DNA from: Bacteriovoracaceae bacterium
GTDB taxonomy: Bacteria > Bdellovibrionota > Bacteriovoracia > Bacteriovoracales > Bacteriovoracaceae
DNA length: 32,198 bases
Direction: 5' to 3'
Assembly: GCA_018649885.1 (NCBI GenBank)
Contig: JABIHA010000062.1
Span: 62,001 to 94,198, forward strand
Positions 27,562 through 32,198 of the stretch are shown here, one piece after another. Made by a program: the position numbers and the translations under genes. The first letter of the stretch is position 1. Each line of letters begins with the position of its first letter. The notes beneath the pieces were generated by a model that was not told the origin of the DNA, ran no database searches, and was given only the letters and a program-made list of their open reading frames with translations.

Positions 27562-27975
27562 ATGACTTTAAAAAAATGGCCCATATTTTTTGTACTACTC
27601 GCACTATATTCTAGTAGTGCATTTGCAGAGGGTCTTGGATACAAAACTTACCGCAGTCTTTTTGCCACCAATAATTGTGACATTCAAACCTGCACTCCTT
27701 CATATAGTCCTTTTAAAATGGATGAATGCATAGGGTTTATTGATTCAGAACTATTTGGCACAACTGAGCCTCAAGTTTGTTACGAGAAGGCATTGGAGCA
27801 TGCAAGAGCTCTTGGAGCCTATGGGCTAAACAGCTATGTGAAGTGGAAACTTGGGAACAGGTTTTGGGGTAACTCGGCTTATGGTGGAAAAGTTAGTAGT
27901 GGCTCCCCAGACGAGTACAGCGCGGGAGATCAAATAGTGAATGAAATAATTTTTAAAGCAGTAAAAGTAGAATAA
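27562..27975 (+). CDS. Small secreted hypothetical protein with four Cys
   Basis: Signal peptide ending SSAFA; RBS GGAG. Confidence 0.75.
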   Translation: MTLKKWPIFFVLLALYSSSAFAEGLGYKTYRSLFATNNCDIQTCTPSYSPFKMDECIGFIDSELFGTTEPQVCYEKALEHARALGAYGLNSYVKWKLGNRFWGNSAYGGKVSSGSPDEYSAGDQIVNEIIFKAVKVE

Positions 27976-28022
27976 TAATAGAGAGTGAGAGCTCTATTTA
28001 ATAATTTGTTTGGAGAGAGAAA

Positions 28023-30239
28023 ATGCAACACATCCTTAGATTATCTTTGATAATTTCCGTTTTATTCATTTCGACATTGGCCCATTCGGCAAAAAGAGTC
28101 ACCATTATGACTTACAATGTTCAAAACCTATTCGACGCCATTAATGATCCGGCCAAAAATGATGAAAGTTATCTTCCACTATCAGTTAAAAACCAAATTG
28201 AAGGACACGTTGATAATTGCATCAAAATACTGGGAAGTGAGCTCCCCGAAAATCCTGCTGAACTTCAAAAAGAAATCAAAAGAAGAAAAGGACATCCCTG
28301 GGTAAGAGAGTGCCTTGCGATGGATTGGAATGATGAAGTAATTGAGAAAAAGCTAAAGCGTCTAGCTGCTGTTATTCGATCTGTGAACGATGGAGCTGGA
28401 CCGGATATCTTATTTTTGCAAGAAATTGAAAACAAAGAAGTGGTTGAAAGGCTTCGTCTGAATCATCTAAGTGATTTGGGATATCAAGAAACTCTTCATC
28501 AAGAAGGCGATGATGCCAGAGGAATTGATATCGCTATTTTAACTAAGCTTAAAATCAGGGGGGGTGTAGAGCTTGAAAAAACTGACTTCAGCGAATCAAA
28601 CCCTGAAAAGATAGCCGATACTAGAGAAATAACTGGGGCACAAGTGCAACTTCCAAACGGAGATACAGTTAATCTCTTTGGCGTTCACATGCCTGGGCAG
28701 CATCTAGAAAATCCAGAAATGCGAGTAGAGCAAATAGAGCATTTGGCCAAATTGCAAAGAACAGGACGCTACAATAGGAATCCAAGTATTGCCGCTGGGG
28801 ACTTTAATATTTCAGCGCCCGAAGATAAAAAGAGCCAATTGTATGAGATGATCGGTAAGAATTGGGGCGTCTCACACCTTATGGGCTGTGACGACTGCGA
28901 AGGGACTTATTACTGGAGAGGCGAAAATCAGTGGTCCATGTTTGATGCAATCCTAGTGACCCAAAATCTTAAAAAATATGTCGACACAGATTCAATTAAA
29001 ATAATTAAGGGCCTTCCCAACCAAACCTGGTCTTCAAATGGAGGACCTAGAAAATTTAATCCATATAATTTCTCTGGAACCTCTGATCATTTTCCACTTG
29101 TAATGGACCTCGTTTTCCCTGAAGCGGATGACCTTGAAGCTCAAATCAATAGAAGAAAATGGATTGGAAGAAGGGATAAAGTTAAAGGGAAAAAAGTAAA
29201 AGTGGCTTTTTATGATGCAGATAGCACCCTTAGAGTTACTAAAAGTGGCAAATTTAGTAATGACTATGCTGAAGATGTTATACTCCTACCCCTTGTAGCG
29301 CAGGCCTTAAAGAAAGCACAGGATGAGGGTTATGTCATAGCTGTAATTTCAAACCAAGCCTCTGTGCCTGAAAGAAAGACTTATGAAGCTGCCAATGGAG
29401 GAATTGTAACAGTTATAGAACTCCTTAGAGCTCGAGGAGTAAGTGTTGATTACTACGATTTTGCAGAACATAAAGACCATGACAGAAAGCCAAACCCTGG
29501 AATGGGAGAGAGGCTTGGCAGTGAACTAAAGAGAATGTTTAATGGAGCCACAATTGATAAAGAAAACTCTTTTATGGTTGGAGATGCCACCTATAAAAAA
29601 GCAGAGATAGGTGGGTACAGACCTGACCCCAATGACCCATCAAAAAAGATTTTAATTACTAAAAAAGACACCTCATTTTCAAACTCTGACAGATTATTTG
29701 CCGCAAATTTTGGAATTGAATTCAAAATTCCTGCAGACTATTTTGGATGGAGAAAATATGGTGTTCACAAAATTGAACGCAAGTACCAAGCCTTTGATCT
29801 TTACAGGAAATTGATGGAGCCTCATATTCTTGACGATCTCAGTGCTTCTGTTGAACTGGAAGTGGGAGATAGTGGCGGAGATGGTCATGACAAGACTGAT
29901 TCAATAATTATTCGAACTAATTTCAACAAAGTTGCACTTAAGAGTGCTTACTATGTTGGAACTGCAGTAGCTGAATTTGATCTGATTGGAGATTTTGCTG
30001 AAGAATTTGAAGATAATTTGCTTCCCAAAAAACACTATGAGAAGTTAGTTGAGCTTGGCTACGACAAGGATCTTGAATTTGGCGATAGCGATGATGAAGA
30101 AAACCTAGAAATTTCCATAGAGGATTATTTCAATATTTACTTATTCATGATTAAGCTAGGAAATCCAAAATTCTCGTACGAAATTATTTCCGCAGACTCA
30201 TATCTAGATTTAGGTGGATATGGACTCTTCTTCTTTTAA
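28023..30239 (+). CDS. Exported EEP (endonuclease/exonuclease/phosphatase) protein fused to a PNKP-type HAD 3'-phosphatase and an acidic C-terminal domain
   Basis: Signal peptide ending AHSA. EEP motifs TYNVQN, LQEIE, AGDFN, SDHFP. HAD motifs FYDADSTL..TKSG, ISNQ, RKPNPGM, FMVGDA, FSNSDRLFAAN. Confidence 0.85.
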   Translation: MQHILRLSLIISVLFISTLAHSAKRVTIMTYNVQNLFDAINDPAKNDESYLPLSVKNQIEGHVDNCIKILGSELPENPAELQKEIKRRKGHPWVRECLAMDWNDEVIEKKLKRLAAVIRSVNDGAGPDILFLQEIENKEVVERLRLNHLSDLGYQETLHQEGDDARGIDIAILTKLKIRGGVELEKTDFSESNPEKIADTREITGAQVQLPNGDTVNLFGVHMPGQHLENPEMRVEQIEHLAKLQRTGRYNRNPSIAAGDFNISAPEDKKSQLYEMIGKNWGVSHLMGCDDCEGTYYWRGENQWSMFDAILVTQNLKKYVDTDSIKIIKGLPNQTWSSNGGPRKFNPYNFSGTSDHFPLVMDLVFPEADDLEAQINRRKWIGRRDKVKGKKVKVAFYDADSTLRVTKSGKFSNDYAEDVILLPLVAQALKKAQDEGYVIAVISNQASVPERKTYEAANGGIVTVIELLRARGVSVDYYDFAEHKDHDRKPNPGMGERLGSELKRMFNGATIDKENSFMVGDATYKKAEIGGYRPDPNDPSKKILITKKDTSFSNSDRLFAANFGIEFKIPADYFGWRKYGVHKIERKYQAFDLYRKLMEPHILDDLSASVELEVGDSGGDGHDKTDSIIIRTNFNKVALKSAYYVGTAVAEFDLIGDFAEEFEDNLLPKKHYEKLVELGYDKDLEFGDSDDEENLEISIEDYFNIYLFMIKLGNPKFSYEIISADSYLDLGGYGLFFF

Positions 30240-30377
30240 TTTTAAAAGACGACTTAGCCACATTGATATTGCTTTCTTTGAATGGCGGTATCAAGGGTGA
30301 TGATGGTGTTGAAATGTTCACGGTTACCAATTTTCAGCTAGATTGATAGGGCAAAATATTCCATTTTTTAATTTGCC

Positions 30378-31055
30378 ATGAGTTTCTCATCACAGCTATT
30401 TTTCCACCGAATAGATATGAGTATGAAGCTAGTACTCGAGGCATTTAAATTTTATCTATCGCTCATAAACCCCTTTCTTATGAAAAAGGTTTTATTCAAA
30501 TGGAATGGAAAAAAGCCTAGTACGTTGATGAGCTATAAACTATTTCGAGATCTTAAAAAAAGAGATATCAGTCAGTTATCTCTTCTTTCTTTTGAGGCGA
30601 TTAAGAAAATTCAAAGTAAATCTACAAAGTTAGAGAATCAATTGATTGAAAAGAATGGAATTTATGAACACAGTCTTTTAAAGAAGAGCTTTTTAAAATT
30701 TTTCCCTCATGAAGTTGCTAAGATACGCGTAGTAAGTGATCAAGGTGAAGATATTAGCTCTCGCTTCTACCATTGCAGTCAGTACCGTGCTCTCGATTTA
30801 ATGATTTTGCGAAAACAAGTAAGTCGCCTTTACTTTCTAGCTAGAAAAAAAGGACTAAATATCAAAGAGATCGAAATCTCTCATACTCACCCTTCCTTAG
30901 AAGTTCTGATTGTGGATCAATGTGGCTTTAACTTTATTACCAATGGACTTAGCGCAGGGGACCAAAATATTGGTTCAATTATAGCAAGAGATATATCTCA
31001 TCCTCTTAGAGTGAAGGCGATCACACCTCTTGCAAATTACTCTATGGTTTTTTAA
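30378..31055 (+). CDS. Hypothetical protein with a possible JAB/MPN-like HxH...SxxD motif
   Basis: IEISHTHP...LSAGD near the C-terminus; the true start may be 30417 or 30423. Confidence 0.55.
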   Translation: MSFSSQLFFHRIDMSMKLVLEAFKFYLSLINPFLMKKVLFKWNGKKPSTLMSYKLFRDLKKRDISQLSLLSFEAIKKIQSKSTKLENQLIEKNGIYEHSLLKKSFLKFFPHEVAKIRVVSDQGEDISSRFYHCSQYRALDLMILRKQVSRLYFLARKKGLNIKEIEISHTHPSLEVLIVDQCGFNFITNGLSAGDQNIGSIIARDISHPLRVKAITPLANYSMVF

Positions 31056-31062
31056 CTGAGCC

Positions 31063-31617
31063 TTATTTTTGAATAATTATAGAGAGCATCTTGTCGCCCT
31101 TGACCACTTTATCGATGACATCTAATCCCTCAATAACTTGCCCAAAAACCGTATATTTTCCATCGAGTTGAGATACAGTATCGAGGGCTATATAAAATTG
31201 CGAATCAGCACTGTCAGGGTTAGAGCTCCTGGCCATGGCAACTGATCCTTTTATATGCTTTGTTTGGTTAAATTCAGCCTTTAGATTTTTACCACTTCCC
31301 GATGTTCCTGTTCCGGTTGGGTCTCCTCCCTGGATTACAAATCCAGGAACTACGCGGTGAAACGTTAAACCATCATAAAAACCCATATTGGCCAGTTCAA
31401 TTATCCTGGTCACGGTATTGGGTGCCCTTTTTGGGTAGAACTTAAAAATAATATTTCCATGGATTGTTTTAATGATTGCTTGAATGCTTGAAAGCCCTTG
31501 TGAGTCGACCTTCATGTCTTTAGCATCTATAGAAGGAGTCGTTTTTTTGGGGGCTTTTTCTTTTTGACAGGAAACCAATAATCCAAAAATGAGTGTAAAT
31601 ATCAAAATTCGCTGCAT
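31063..31617 (-). CDS. Cyclophilin-type peptidyl-prolyl isomerase, lipoprotein
   Basis: Lipobox LVSC, APNT, FYDGLTFHRVVPGFVIQGGDP, AMAR, SQFYI, LDGKYTVFGQV. Confidence 0.95.
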   Translation of the reverse strand: MQRILIFTLIFGLLVSCQKEKAPKKTTPSIDAKDMKVDSQGLSSIQAIIKTIHGNIIFKFYPKRAPNTVTRIIELANMGFYDGLTFHRVVPGFVIQGGDPTGTGTSGSGKNLKAEFNQTKHIKGSVAMARSSNPDSADSQFYIALDTVSQLDGKYTVFGQVIEGLDVIDKVVKGDKMLSIIIQK

Positions 31618-31708
31618 TGCTATTCCCGTTTTTTTGTGTTGTTAGATTATATCCCGATATTATCTCAGAAAAAAGGTCCAAGTATTTTATTTTTTTTAAT
31701 ATTCACGG

Positions 31709-31737
31709 TTGACATTGAACAGTGGAAAACTTACTTT
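31709..31737 (+). promoter_or_regulatory. Sigma70 promoter of the tRNA/rRNA transcript
   Basis: TTGACA (31709-31714), 17-nt spacer, TACTTT (31732-31737), with a T-rich UP-like tract upstream. Confidence 0.75.
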
Positions 31738-31762
31738 CCACTAACGCAATTTGCACGGTTTT

Positions 31763-31838
31763 GGGGGTGTAGCTCAGTTGGGAGAGCATCAGATTTGCAT
31801 TCTGAGGGTCGCAGGTTCGATCCCTGTCATCTCCACCA
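31763..31838 (+). tRNA. tRNA-Ala(UGC)
   Basis: 76-nt cloverleaf: acceptor GGGGGTG/CATCTCC with G3:U70, D arm GCTC/GAGC, anticodon stem TCAGA/TCTGA with loop TT-TGC-AT, T loop TTCGATC, encoded CCA. Confidence 0.97.
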
Positions 31839-31951
31839 CACTTCGCATCAAAAAATGCCACTAGCATTTTTGACTTCGAGGTGACCAGATAAGGCACTGG
31901 CTGGAGCTAGACAGATACAAAGTAATTTTTAAGTTTTTGTTATATATATTT

Positions 31952-31964
31952 TGATCTTTGAAAA
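31952..31964 (+). promoter_or_regulatory. boxA-like rRNA antitermination element
   Basis: TGATCTTTGAAAA in the 16S leader. Confidence 0.6.
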
Positions 31965-32160
31965 TTTGAATAAAGAAAAAACCTTAGGATTAATTTTCTA
32001 AGGCAAGACGAGAAAGAAATCTGCTCAAGAAATTGAGTTTGGCGTAACTAAACAAATACCTCTTCATCGGGGTGTTTTGCCAAAGCTGATTTTTATAAAA
32101 TCAGAATGTTTAGAATTAAAAAATCAGAGTTAGATAAAAATCAAACTATAAAAAGATTTT

Positions 32161-32198
32161 TTCTTGGAGAGTTTGATCCTGGCTCAGAACGAACGCTG
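32161..32198 (+). rRNA. rrs: 16S rRNA 5' end (truncated by the window)
   Basis: AGAGTTTGATCCTGGCTCAG (27F primer site) at 32168 followed by AACGAACGCTG. Confidence 0.97.

Noticed and set aside
30387..30413. Weak sigma28-like TCAT-N15-ACCGAATA before ATG 30417
   Set aside because: Both elements are degenerate; too weak to call without TSS data.
31636..31897. ORFs 31636-31884 (+) and 31703-31897 (-)
   Set aside because: They overlap the promoter and tRNA-Ala and are spurious translations of an RNA gene.

Overview
AT-rich bacterial chromosomal segment, most likely from a predatory Bdellovibrionota (Bacteriovorax/Halobacteriovorax-like; inferred from gene content only). From left to right: 5'-truncated glmU, glmS, a PcrA/UvrD helicase, a tightly coupled AsmA-like/mtnA/Ppx-GppA/cNMP-binding cluster, a Wzy_C/O-oligosaccharyltransferase-like protein, a stand-alone FliG C-terminal-domain protein, a thiolase, a FosA-like VOC enzyme, and a secreted Cys-rich protein behind a sigma28-like promoter. 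Next comes the most striking block, a respiratory locus: HEAT-repeat protein, Rieske protein, split b6-type cytochrome b with the heme ci Cys, an enlarged subunit IV with APWY in place of PEWY, a 951-aa octaheme cytochrome c, an oxidase subunit III with no subunit I/II, a CPYC mini-protein and DUF420. After it lie secreted hypotheticals, a signal-peptide-bearing EEP nuclease fused to a PNKP-type 3'-phosphatase, a possible JAB-like protein, a cyclophilin lipoprotein, and tRNA-Ala(UGC) placed upstream of the start of a 16S rRNA gene. No CRISPR array, transposase or integrase was seen. All calls come from motif recognition by eye; no database searches were run.
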